Origin: Rhizophagus irregularis
Lineage: Eukaryota
Direction: 5' to 3'
DNA length: 64,000 nucleotides
Assembly (NCBI RefSeq): GCF_026210795.1
Contig: NC_089434.1
Coordinates: forward strand, 2,480,001 to 2,544,000
Part shown: positions 11,087 to 24,400 of the stretch, in pieces
Layout: every line of letters starts with the position of its first letter
Numbering within the stretch: the stretch's first letter is position 1
Made by a program: the position numbers and the translations under genes
The notes under the pieces: model-generated
Told to the model about the DNA's origin: nothing
Databases searched by the model: none
The model's input: the letters and a program-made list of their open reading frames with translations, nothing else

Positions 11087-14037
11087 TGAGTTTGTTTGAT
11101 GATGGTTGTAAGAGGTTAAATTTGTTGTAGATAAGCGTCTTAAGCTTATTTTCTTAATTTTGAAAGGTCTTCTTCCACGCATTTTTACCAAAATTTGTTA
11201 AAGGATAAAAAAAAAACAATACAATAAGGTAAAAGACGTTCTTTTATACCTTTATTTATTTCCACAATTAAAATATTATGATTATTAATAATATTTTTTT
11301 TTCCTATAATTAGATTAAATGTAATGATTACGATTTTTTTTAATGATTTAGATCAAAGTATAATGATATGGCAGAGAAAAAAAAAATCAGTTCGTGGGAA
11401 GAAAGGGGTCTTTATATATATTTTTTTTTTGTCATATGAGGACCGATAGGTCTGTCGAAAGTAACGAAATAGTCTATTAAATAAGCTTTTTTTGATTGAA
11501 TTTTTTTTTTCCTTTTTTTTCATGCCGATAAGTCTATTGAAAATAACGAAATAGTCTATTGAAGTATAAGCTTTTTTTTGATTCAAATAAAGGAACTTAT
11601 ATTGATTTAAATACAATAAATACAATAAATTGATAGTAACCTAATATGGTCAACAATGTCAATTATCAATCATACTAATATATCCGTTCATCGAAGAACC
11701 GGAAATTCATTTTTAATAAAATTTTTTTATATTATTATTTACAATGACGAGAAAATACCGAAGAACAAAAGCTGTCTTTGTAAAGAAATCCTATAATTTT
11801 AAACAGAAAACATCAAATAAAGTTCCGTGTCATTGCAATAAATGTAAAGGTAACATGGTTGATCCACGTACAAAAAATAGTCATAGTTTAAAAAGGGATA
11901 TTAGACCAAGAGGAGTTATTGAAGAAATTATAGATTTAAATCAAGTTTCATCTGATGACCTAAACCAAGATACATCGGTAGACCTCTTGAATGATCCAAT
12001 GGAAATAGAATCACATAATTCAGATGATGGTCATCATGAACCTATTGTTGATGAGGAAAATTATTCGTTTCTTCCCAAAAAATCGAAATCATCAAAAGCC
12101 AAATCGAAAGATAAACGAAAACATATCGGTAGTGGAAATTCCAAGAATGTATCATACCCTATTGTTGTTATTGAACAAAGTATTTCAGATGATGATACTA
12201 GTGATGCTGATGATGAAGAAAACGATCAAGTTGATAATGACTTTGATCCTATCGAAGAAATACCAAATGAATCTTCATCCGGCTGGTTTGACGCACCGGA
12301 AAATACATACGGTGATGATCCAGAAGCCTCCTTCATTGATTTTACTGAAGACTTTCATTGGATTGTTTTATGGATCTTATTATATCAAGAGAGATATAAG
12401 TTATCCGATGTCACTACCGATTCTTTAGTCAAATTTTTTAGATATCTTTTGGTTCTTTTGGATGCAAACACGTACAATTCTTTTCCTACATCTTTGTATA
12501 TGGCACGTAAAAAACTTGGCGTCTGTGCTCATATTGTCAAATTCGCATCGTGTGAAAAGTGTTGCAAATTGTATAATGTAACAGAAGTATCAACTAACGA
12601 CCCTTACCAAGTTCCAGCCACAATTCATTGTACCTATGTAGATTTTCCGGATCATCCGATGGCAAATCAAAGAAAAAAGTGCAATGCTACACTTGCTAAG
12701 AAAGTTCCGGTTACTAACGGAACAATCTATCGACCTTCTTTAACGTTCCCTACTGTTAGTTTAAAACACCAATTACAATTAATGTATAATCGAAAAGGAT
12801 TTGAGAAATTATGTAGAAAATGGGCGGACCGTAACGATTCTCAATTTTTGAATGATATTTATGACGGAAAGATCTGGAAAACCTTTCAGGATCATCGTCA
12901 AAATATACCATTTTTCCGGAAAGATGTCTCAGACCGCCACTTAGGCATCATGTTAAATATCGACTGGTTCCAACCATTCGATAATTCAACTTATAGTATA
13001 GGAGCTCTATATGGTGTAATATGTAACCTGCCTCGAAATGAAAGATTCAAGCCATCAAATATTTTGACAATGGCTTTAATTCCGGGGCCAAATGAGCCTA
13101 GTTTACATCAACTAAACCATTATATAGCTCCCATCATCGATCAATTAATCGAGTTATGGAATGGGATTGAACTATCGAAAACATACGAAAGCTCTACCGG
13201 AAAATCTATTCGAGCCGCAGTAATATGCTGCTCATGTGATATTCCAGCCGCGAGAAAACTCTGCGGTCATATCTCTGCGCGAGTGGCTTGTCATAGATGC
13301 TTAAAAAAGGCTCAATATGATGATCGAAATCAACCGAATTTTGGCGGATTTGATGATATTGATGAATGGTTTGTCGAAAGAGATATCAACCAGGTTCGAA
13401 GGGATGCGCGAGAATGGTTGAATTGCAATACTAAAGATGCTAGAAATAGTCACGTCCATAATACTTTAGTACGGTGGTCAGAAATGTATCGACTTCCGTA
13501 CTTTGATTCAGTGCGATTTCTCACAGTGGATCCAATGCATTGTTTGTTCTTGGGTATTGCTAAGTGGATCGTGACCAGACTGTGGATCGAGGAGGGCCGA
13601 TTGACACAAAAAGATTTAGAAACAATGCAAAAAAGGGCAAATGCAATAAAAGTTCCAGCAGATATCGGTAGAATTCCCTACAAAATTGCTACAGGTGAAG
13701 GCTTTTCAAGGTTCACCGCTGATCAATGGAAGACTTTTATCTTAATTTATGCCACTTCCATAACATGGGATCTGCTTCGAAGAATCGGATAAATTGATAC
13801 TCGCCAATTTTGTCCGTGCATGCAATATTCTTGTATGCAGATCTATAACAACGAATGGGTTAGAAGAAGCTCATAAAAATCTTCTAGAAGTGGCAAAGCT
13901 CATTGAAGAAAATTACGGCGCAGAAAAAATTACGCCGAATTTACATTTATGCTTACATATTTGCCATTGTGCGTTAGACTATGGACCATTATACGCGTTC
14001 TGGTGTTTCAGTTACGAACGCATGAACGGTCTATTAG

Positions 14038-15324
14038 TAGGGTTGGTAAAATAACCGTTAGTTATGAATTTGGTTAATTAACCGGTTAATTAACGGTTAG
14101 TTAACGGTTAATTAACCCATAAATAACCTGTATATATAATTTTAAGGAAGTTAAAATAAATTTATAATTTATTAAATATTATAAAATTTTAATATATTTT
14201 ATTTATTCTTCATCATCTAAATTAATAACATTTGCTTCAAATCCAAATATACTATCATTATCAGAACTATTATTATTATCATCTTCTTTATTTTCATTAT
14301 CAGAACTATTATTACTATCTTCTTCATTTTCATTAAAATTACTACCCATTTAGCTGTATGAGATTCTTCACCAGAATAAATAGCATCAAAGAATAATGGT
14401 TTTGGAGTACAAATAACAAAATTTTGAACTGATTCTCGATTAATATTAGACCAACCATCTGAAACCATTGTAAGAGATTTAGCTTGTAAAATTTGTTCAT
14501 TACATTCAGCTTTAACTTCATCAAAAACATCATCAAGTAATTCATCAGCAAGTTTTCTTCGATTAGGTAATTTGAATGCTGGACGTAATTGTTGAAAAAA
14601 CTGAATAACATAATTATTTTCAAGAAAAGAAAAAGGAACTCCAGCAGCAAATAATGCTTGAGCTAGTAAAATTTCAAGAGTATCTTGTTCTTCTTCACTC
14701 ATACGATCAACAAAATTCTCAATTGTTGTATTTTTTAAATGCTTTTTTGATGTTTTTACTGTAGGAATAAAAGTAGAAGTAGTAGCATCAGAAGTTTCTA
14801 ATAGTTCAGGAATTTGTTGTTTCTTTGTTTTTGCACTTTCTGGAGCTCTAGGACAACTATCATTAAGATGAACTTGCATTCTTTTAGCTGTACCTTGTTC
14901 AAAAACTTTAGAACAATAATTACAACGTACAGAAGGATGTGTTTTTTTCTTAGACCTACTACTTTCTTCATTACTTTCTGCTTCAGTAATTATTGTCCAA
15001 TGTTTCCAAACAGTTCCCTTTTTTTTTACCATGATAATGAACAATAAATTTGCAAAAAAAAAGTGTTTTTTTAAAAAAAATTTATCTTAAAAAAAAGATC
15101 ATGCAATATGTAGATCATAGATTTAATCAATATTTATATTAATTAATATTTAATTGTGTAACAAAATAATGGATTATCATTTAATCACATGATTTAAATT
15201 CTGCATTTTGATTGGCTAATTATAAATAACGGTTAATTAACCATTTTAAATCAATCATAACTAACAAAATTAACGGTTAATTAACCATGGTTAATTAACC
15301 GTGGTTAATTAACCCCCATCCCTA
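14038..15324 (-). mobile_element. Internally deleted hAT element
   Basis: Termini TAGGGTTGG / CCATCCCTA, perfect 8-bp TSD TCTATTAG and GGTTAATTAACC subterminal palindromes. Confidence 0.92.
14217..15044 (-). pseudogene. Truncated hAT transposase (BED finger plus first catalytic Asp)
   Basis: VWKHW...CNYC...HLNDSC and MVSDGWS, then jumps to the 3' end. Confidence 0.85.
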
Positions 15325-17841
15325 TCTATTAGGTAATTCCAGATTTCCGAACTTATCAATATAATTAAATCAATTTATTAAATAGTCTATATTTATAGGA
15401 TCGTATCATAGCAGTAATAGAAGAATCGAACCAGAATTATTAAAAACCATTCAATTCAACTCTCTTCTTGATCAGTTTTCTTCATGCGCCCAAGACCATC
15501 AACATTTATCGACTTGTATCACACTAATTACACCGAAAGAAACTACCGGCAGTCTTGTAATTCATGATGAAATTAATGGAATAGATTACCGGGAATTTTT
15601 ATCAATGTCTAGAAACGTGGAAGAAATGGCCGGAACAGGTTCGGAACCTTTTCCAGGTACTTTTCTTAATCCTAAAAGGATAGACACCAACCTTTCAAAA
15701 GAAGTATTAGATTTGTTGGTTGAATATTACCGCAATGCCTATGGAAAAGATTTCGCAGCACTATCAGATATCCATGCTGCTCCTTCTGCTATACCGGTAT
15801 TACCAAAAGTGAACACTTATGGACGACTAAAAATTGGATCCGAAGTTTTTGGGTCAATGTATTCTAAAAGGCACGTCACATCGGCCAAAATATTATCCCA
15901 ATTTCTCCATGATAATACTAAAGATACTTATCCCGGTATTGTTCAATTTTATTTTGAACATATTATACATTTTCCGGAAGGTTCTGTAAATCATTCCCTA
16001 GCATTTGTAAAGTGGTACCTTCCGGCAGAAAATCACAAGACTAGATTTCATTGCACAATTAATGGCGATGAAAATTTGTGCAATATAGAACTATGGAAAA
16101 AAGAATTTTATGATCTTAGCAGGGATTGTATTATCCCTGTACACGTAGTATACTGGGTCGGTTTGTTGAAGGTTCTTTTTCAATAGGACGAAAAGAAACC
16201 CGGAAATATGTGTCAGTAATACCGATCAATAGAAAGTTTCATATTTAAAATTTATAATAATACTGTAATATCAATCATGTTTTATATTATGAATATTATA
16301 AATATACAAATAAATAAATATATAATAATTATTATTAAACCTTTAAATTTCTCACCGTCTAATATCAATGTTCTATCAGTATTATTATCTGGATTATGCG
16401 ATGTTTTACCGACGCTTATTTATAAATTAATTACGATCACGACAGATCGGGTGTTTATTTATTAGTCATCGGGAAATCCGGAAGGTAATCAATTTGTTAC
16501 TTATTATCAGCTGATCAAATTTGATATACGTTTAGAATCTATCGGCTTCTTATATAATAGAATCAATAGGCCTATCGGGATACTGATTATTTAATGATAA
16601 AAAAAATAAGAGCCGGTTAAGAACCGAAACCTGATTGGTCCCGATTCTTAACTGGCTCTTAATACACCGATTCTTCATCATTTGACCAGTGCACATTCAT
16701 AGCAGTGAGGTGAGGAATACCTAAGTTTACAAAAACTTCCAGAAAGGCGTTAGGCAAACAACCACGGACGAGACTATAAGAAGACCAGTTGTTAGATGAA
16801 AAAGTCCAGCAAGGGAGGGAAGTAACTCTATTAATTGAAGAAGAGTAATCGCAATTGGCATTATCACCCGCTTCTTTAATTTTTTGGGTAAAGTGGTGGA
16901 GATATAACGTTAAAATTTGATGTAATTTAACGCGGTGCTTTTTGCATAAAAATAAATGCATAAAATCTTCTAAGTGGTCTTCACAAGAACGACAGGTTAG
17001 AATCTCTACGTATAAATCAGGTCGTGTCCTTTTCAGTGATTCCAAAGTAGGCAAGTCCTCCAGGAAAAGTTGAAATTTCAACGTGTGATGTCTAGAGACA
17101 TTTTCCTTAGTAAAGGAATTATCAAATTTGGGTTGGAACATTAACGTATGCCAGGTAAGAGCCCAGTCAACCACGTATTGGGATGGATCTGTTAAAAGAG
17201 AAATAAAACGGAAGCGAGAAAGAGCTAAAAGGTCTTTCATATACAACATCTGATGATATTGTTTAAACAAATGTCTTGGGTTGGTTTCACAGACAATGTC
17301 ATCATAAGACATAATATAATCATGAACCGCGGCTAAGGTTACTTGCCGAAACCTGTTTGGCCTAATGCCGAAAGGTGAAACCTCTTATATAGTGCCGAAA
17401 CGCCGAAACGCCGAAACTGCAAAACCTGTCAAAATTGCGAAACTGCCAAAACATGCCGAAACCTCTATAATAGGTTTCTCCGTAGTTTCGGCATAGTTGA
17501 TCATAAGATTTGCATATAGTTACGCCAAGTTACACCAATTAATAATATAATTTAGATGATCAAATAATCTACAGATAAAAGATTAAACTTCAATATTTTA
17601 CCGTCGTCTTAGTTCTTTTAAGCTTTATCTAGTGTTAGAATTTTCATTTCTAACTCCCATATTAATATTATGATATTACACGTTTTTACAGTTTTTTTTT
17701 AAGGGGCTTATATTCATTAAAGGAAAATGCGTAACATGCATTTAATAAACCCAATTCTGTCATCTCCTTTAACACTGAACTAAAGTTTCTTTTACTTTCT
17801 TCCGTTTTCTTAATAATAATATTAATAATAAACTGTTTCAA

Positions 17842-20151
17842 ATGACTGATCACATAGAAGATTCACCCATTAAAATGAAAAATAGAGGAGGTCAGCCACC
17901 TAATAGCATTTGGGAAGATATTAATAAAGGAGAAGCTGTTGGTTCTGGCAAATTTGCCGCCTCCTGCAAGTACTGTAAGAATACATGGTCATGCGGTGAA
18001 GTTTCAAAGCTCGAAAAGCATCTTTCAAACCATTGTCCAGATGCGTCAGCAGCAGTTGTTAGAAGGTATATGACTAAAGTAATGGAACGGCAAGATAAGT
18101 TCAAGTCATCCAAAAAAAGAAAATACTCTGAAGGTCAAAGTAACATGGATGATTACCATGATTCAACAGAGCTTAACGAACAAAGATGTACACGAATTAA
18201 TCGTGCATTAGTTAAATTTTTTATTGCGTGCGGAATTGCGTTTAGAGTAGTGGAACATCTCTTTTTCATCAATTTTATAAAAGAGCTTAATGCCGGGTAC
18301 AATACACCAACAAGGGAAGTATTAGTAAATCAACTACTTGAACGTGAATTAGCTCAAGTGAACTTCAAAGTTAATTCTGAGCTTGAAAAGGAAACGAATT
18401 TAATGTTAGGTTTGTTAAATTAAATAGGCTATCATACGTCATTTTTATTTAATCTTACTTACTATATATAATATTAATTTATAATTTAGCCTTTGATGGT
18501 TGGACATCTGGTACACATCGTTCAATTTGGAACTTCATTGTAATAACTCCGTTGCGTAAAGAATATCTTTATCAACTTTCTGATTTGTCTGAAAATTTGC
18601 ACACTGCAGAATATCTAGTTACGGTAATTGAAAAGGTTATAGAAGGTATTGGAGAAGATTGAATATGTGCTGTAGTTTCCGATAATGCGGCCAATGTTCG
18701 TAATGCACGAAAAATTATACATGAGAATCATCCAAAGATTGAGAATGTGCGATGCGTTGCACATTCTATCAATTTAATTGCATGCGACATCATCAAGGAG
18801 AAGTTTGGGGAACGTTTATTAAAACGTGTTAATATTTTGACAACCTTTTTTAGAAGTTCTCATCAGGCTAATGCAAAACTTGCTCAAATAATTAAAGAAA
18901 AAGGAATTAGTGGAAGAGGATTAAAATTATATTGCAAGACACGCTGGACTACTGCTAGTGAATCCGTAAATTCAATAATAAATTTGGAATCAGCAGTTCA
19001 GCACTAGAAGAAATGGCCAGCGATCACGATAAAGTGCTAACAAATGATAAAATAAAACCGATTATTCAATCGAGAAATTTTTTTTCAAATTTACGAGTTC
19101 TTGGATTTGTTCTGGATCCTCTAAGAAAAGCGGTACTTTCATTAGAATCGAGAAGAGCTACACTTGCAGATTGTTTCCTGAGCTTGGCAAGACTTGCAGC
19201 TACATTAAAAAAGTTACCCAAATCATTAAATCCTGCATTCCAAAGTCATTGTATCAAAGTAATAAATGAAAGATTTGATGAGTTCGATGATGATAAGTAT
19301 ATTACTTGTTTTTTTATGGATCCCAGATTTAGAAACGCGCCACTTAAAAAATGCGCCCTCATGAGAATTATCAATGTGCAGCTTCAATCAGGAAAAATTT
19401 AGGTTTCGACCGTTACGAAGCTGAAACTTTATGTGATCAAATACAGAAATATATTAATGAGCAAGAGCCATTTGACCTAGATATCGGTTTTGCTAAAGAT
19501 AATCCCGTGAATTGGTGGAAATATATTAATACCAAACCAGAACCAGATGTCCTGCCAAGAATTGCAAGTTATCTATTTGCAATATGTCCTAACTCAGCAA
19601 CTTGCGAACGTGGATTTTCGACTTTAGGATGGCTATTTCATAAACGTCGCTTAAATCTTAATGTGGATAAACTAGAATCCATGTGCAAATTAATTTTGTA
19701 TTGGAAATCCAATTCAAAAACTGAACTTGGATTTTATGGAATTGATCAAAAAAAGAATACTCGTCTTAGTGATGATGAGATCAATATACGTATTGCAGAA
19801 GCTTTTGCAGAAGATGACGATGAGGAATATAATGAGGAGCAAGCTTCTACTCAGAGATTAACTACAAGCGGCGAAACAATACCCGAAGACAATTGCCGTG
19901 TAGTAATCGAAAGTCTATGGATTGATCAATTTGTTAATTTATCGCATGATTCAATTACTAGTGAAATCAGCGATATTCCAAGAGATATATTGAATGATTC
20001 AGATGAAAATAATGCGGAAGATGATGAAGTTGATGATAGTGGTAATAATAAGAGACCCGGAGAAGGTGACTATGATTATGATATAGATGATGTATTAGGT
20101 ATGGATGACGGTGATAATAATGACGATAATTATGATGATAATGAGGAATAA
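17842..20151 (+). pseudogene. hAT transposase with BED finger (intron about 18411-18490; stop and frameshifts)
   Basis: CKYC..HLSNHC, FDGW, SDNA, RCVAHSINL, TRWTT and ATCERGFS. Confidence 0.9.
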
Positions 20152-20772
20152 TAATAATGAGAAATAATTACAATAGTTAATCCAATGAGAATTAATTCTA
20201 ATATCATGTGATTTAAATAATGATACTATTTAGGAAATAAATGATGTAATTATGCAGGGCAAAATATTCGCGATCAAAGTCCAGTTAACATATAATTATG
20301 CAGGCAATGCAGGCAATTGTAATTTTATATTATATTTTAAAACATTGCAATTTAATTAAGGAATAAGGATAAGCATATTATATTTTAAAAATAGTGCAAT
20401 TTAATTAAGGAATAAGGATAAGCATATTATATTAGAATCAATAAGTTTTAAGGACTTCGTTAATTAAATTTATTATATTAGATCAATAAATTTTAAGAAC
20501 TGCGTTACAAAAAAAAATTTAGAACTGCGTTAATTAAATTTATTACATTAGAATCAAAACTGTGTTTATTTTGTTACAAATACTTTAATTATGTAGAATG
20601 TTATTATGTTCATCAGTTCATGTTTTAAACATTATAACGAATTTTAAAATTATTATAAATATTATGAAATTTGAATTTTTTTTTCGCAATTCAAAACCAA
20701 ATTGTATTTTAATTTTCAAATTGTATTTAATTTTCAAATTTCAAGTTACGAAAAAAATCATAAAAATAAAAA

Positions 20773-21446
20773 ATGGCAGCATTAGTACCTTTTGTCCCAC
20801 CGCCACCACCAGTATTCCAATGGACGATTAACGCAGCTAGGCAATTAATCGCGGAGCGGAAAACTTACATCAGCAATTCGAAAGAATTGCAAACCGTCAT
20901 CATGTAAATGCATGGACAATAATAGCAAATAGGGTGTTCATTGCAACGGGATTTGCAGCGACACCCAGGCAATGCCAAACAAAATGGAATGCCCTCAAAC
21001 GAGGTTATGAAAACCTCAGTAGGATAATAAATAATAATGATGACGACATTCCTATTATAAGCCCAAATAGTTTCGATAGAGCGTGTTTTGCTGATATGAA
21101 CGATGAATTCTGGTTACAAACCGGTAATTATTATTAATTATTATTTTAAATTAATTTTATTTAGGCAATTCATTCAATTCATTAATATTTTTATTGGATT
21201 TTAGATCTGTTTAGACGACAGTATCGACGGCAGCATGCTGCGCATGATCGACGTCGATATGAATATAGATTGCGAAGGGAAAGAAGAAGGTCGCGATCTA
21301 GGTCTCGATCAAGAAGTAGATCAAGAAGTAGAGATAGAAGACGAGATAGAAGTAGAGATAGAAGACGAGATAGAAGTAGAGATAGAAGACGGGACAGAAG
21401 TAGAGATAGAAGAAGAAGTAGAAGCAGGTCCCCACATAGAAAATAA
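20773..21446 (+). pseudogene. Myb/SANT (trihelix)-like protein with RS/RD-repeat tail
   Basis: WTIIANRV..GF..TPRQCQTKWNALKRGY, intron about 21124-21203, then RSRSRSRSRDRRRDRSRD...SPHRK*. One frameshift near 20860. Confidence 0.7.
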
Positions 21447-24400
21447 AGATATTATTAAATTTTAATTTTTATTATATTTTTAATCGTGTATTTTATTAGT
21501 TTAATATTAAATATTATAAAATAAATATTTACATACAAAAAATCATATTGTCTTTATTCTTATAAATTGTTTAAATGCCAAAACTCTAATTAAATCATAT
21601 AGAAAGTATTGCCGAAACGCCGAAACAGTTTTGGCAAGTTACGGCAGTTTCGTGATTTTGATAGGTTTTGCAATTTCGGCATTTCTTGATGATTTCGCGA
21701 AACTAGTTTTGGCAGTTTCGCGTACGCCATTCTGCCGAAACCCTCTAGTTTCGGCAAGCAACCTTAACCGCGGCAAGGTCAAGACGGGAAATAAGAATAG
21801 CATCGTCAGATGTATGGGCAGTATTGGCAAGAGAATCAGCGAAGTCATTCCAATAAAAATTAGAGTGAGCTTTAACCTTATGAGGTAAAACTGAAAGTTG
21901 TTTATCCACAATCAGTTGTTGAATGATGGCCCAAAGTTCAAAATTGGTAGTCTTATAATAAAGACGAGAATTTGAATAATCAGATAAGAAACAATGTTTC
22001 AAACCCTCGATGGAAGACTGTGAATCTGTATAAATGTGAACTACGGAGTTGGCAGGAAAAGCTGATAAAGCTGCATAAATAGCAGCAGCTTCAGCACGAG
22101 AAGAAAAAGGCCAATCGTGAATAATACCCCGCTTATAAGTGGCAATAGAATTAAGAAAGCCCGAATCTTTGACAATTTGAACCCAGCCCCATCCCATAAA
22201 AACATCACTAGTTCCTAAATTAATGAGAGAACCATCAGTGTAAAAGGTATATTGTGAGTCTGAAGAAGGCACAACTGATGATGAAGCAGCAACATCGCCA
22301 GCCGTAAGTAAATGTGGAGTAGGCAAAGCCTTGTCGACAGTATCAGAGGAAGTATGGGGAATATCAGCAGCAGGCATCAAGCGAACTGAAGGATTGCAAA
22401 ATGAAGTTACAAAATCCAAGATTTCCGCCCACGACACCGTAGCAATCAAGCTGAATGTGTGATTCAAAATGGATGATTTCTTCATAGGTAAGATCTATGA
22501 CTGACGAAGAGAGGCTGAATAAGAGCAAGAAACAGAACCAGTAGCAACTGATTTCTTTGAATAGGAAGATTTGTGTATATTTAAATTGCAGCCAGGACAA
22601 GGTTGTAGAGTAATCAAATCGCTCGGACGAGATAAGCAGTCTGAAATCCAATGTACAATGGTACAAGTGGTGCGTTTGGGTTGGATCTAGATCTGTTTAC
22701 CGAATAACGGAAGGCCATTATCATTCATCGTGACAATCCAATTCTTCTTATAACCAGAAGGAGGAGTGCAAGGAGCAAGTTCTTTTGCAATCTGGCTCAC
22801 AGGTCGTTTGTCAATCATAAATCGGTCTTTTAACAAACCAGGTTGATCTGGAATCGTAATATTAGCAAAAAGATTTTTGTACCAATTGGAAAGACGGGCA
22901 TTACCACGCTTTTGAACAGAATTAGCATATATAACAGACCAGGAGAGCAAATGTGTTCCTTGAGGTGTCAAAAGTTGCGAAAGGTAAAAAAGGCCACGTT
23001 TTCGAAGTCTTGTTAAGTTGGCTTTAAATACATCCAAAGAAAGACATTGATAAATGGGAGTATGACCATTGGGGTAGGTTAAATCAGGCACAGACGATAA
23101 ATCAGCGCGTGACAAATGGAAGGGAGTCGAGAGTAGTGAGGCTAAAGTATTGGCGATATAATCTTGTTTAAAAATTAATAAAGAAGACCAACAAGTCCAG
23201 TCCAAAACCATCAAAGGAGAAATAGGAATTAAACAATAAAATTGAATAAATCGCAACCTATAATTAAAAAGTGATTTCATAAAAACAGAAGAAGAATTTG
23301 CTAACAAAAATAAATTAGTAAAATGATTTTGTTGTTGAAATGAAAATAAATTGATCAAACCCAAAGCATGAGTTAAATATAACACTACATTAGGAACAGA
23401 ACGTGATAATTTGACCTTGTGTTTAACTAAGGCACGAACTGAAGAAGTAATAGTGGAACATTCAGCCTCAGATAAATGTGTGACTTGCATTTGATAATCC
23501 AATTTCAGAATCAAAACAGTATTATAAAGATACACCACTTGTTGAACAGTCAGTTTCGCAGGGCGAAGAATTGCAGAGAAAGAATTACATTCTCGCTTAA
23601 GTTATTGTCGAACAAAGTTCCTAGAGCCGTTAATGTTGAACCAAACTCCTAAAAACCGGAAAGATGAAAACATAGGAATAGGAGTAACAGTAATGTTGGG
23701 CGTAGAGTTGAGCGATGAAATTGACAAATTAAAGGCTATAGGAAACAAATCTCGAGAAGCAGCAACTGCATTGGTGGCTAAAACATATTTGTTATGGTTG
23801 GCTGAGGTATTGTTTAAACAATAAAATTCTTCAGTAATAGACAACATATGTTCCATTCCTTCTTTAGAAGAAGAGATCAAAGTAGAATCATCCATGAACA
23901 CCAAATTATTAATTTCTAAAACATTCAGAGAGCAAGAAATTGATGGAGCAGTGTAGGGAGCCAATGGAGAAACCAAACAATAAGAGTCTTTCTTCTCATT
24001 TTTGAGAGTTGTAAGCAGAGGGTCTAAATAAATAACCTATAAAAGCGGAGAGATAACTTCACCTTGATCTATTCCAATTTTAACTCTATATGGTGGAGTA
24101 GGGCCATGTGCAGTAATGACACGGTTAGAACGTGACATAAATAAAGAAAGTAAAAATTGAATTGCATTTTGAGGCAAACGTAAACGTTGAAGAGCAAAAC
24201 GCAACATAGATAAATCTACAGAGTCAAATGCTTTTGAAATGTCTTGAGAAAAAATCCACAAGGGTTGTTTAGTGACTACCGAATCATAGATAATGGATTC
24301 CAGTGTAATAATAGGATCACGGCAGGAACCTCCAGGTAAACCCGCGAAATTACCACCTTGGAAAATATGGTGGGAGGCAAGCAAAGGAGCCAAACGATTA

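Larger units (their letters stand above)
11744..16248 (+). pseudogene. CACTA (Tnp2/Transposase_21-like) transposase, frameshifted and interrupted by a hAT
   Basis: NIDWFQPF, CDIPAARK, DPMHCLFLG, LHLCLH and WCFSYERMNG. Resumes after 15332 via an intron. Confidence 0.9.
8951..16691 (+). mobile_element. CACTA/EnSpm (CMC) transposon with CACTG termini
   Basis: TIRs CACTGGTCGAATGA / TCATTTGACCAGTG and 3-bp TSD CAC. Removal restores the LINE frame AMNVVAAIHN. Confidence 0.95.
17334..21766 (+). mobile_element. Two-gene hAT transposon (4433 bp)
   Basis: TIR TAAGGTT(A/G)CTTGCCGAAAC, perfect 8-bp TSD ACCGCGGC and GCCGAAAC subterminal repeats. Confidence 0.95.

Noticed and set aside
21235..21465. Acidic EVEIED-repeat ORF
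   Set aside because: Alternative frame. Splicing from the Myb exon leads into the RS/RD frame.
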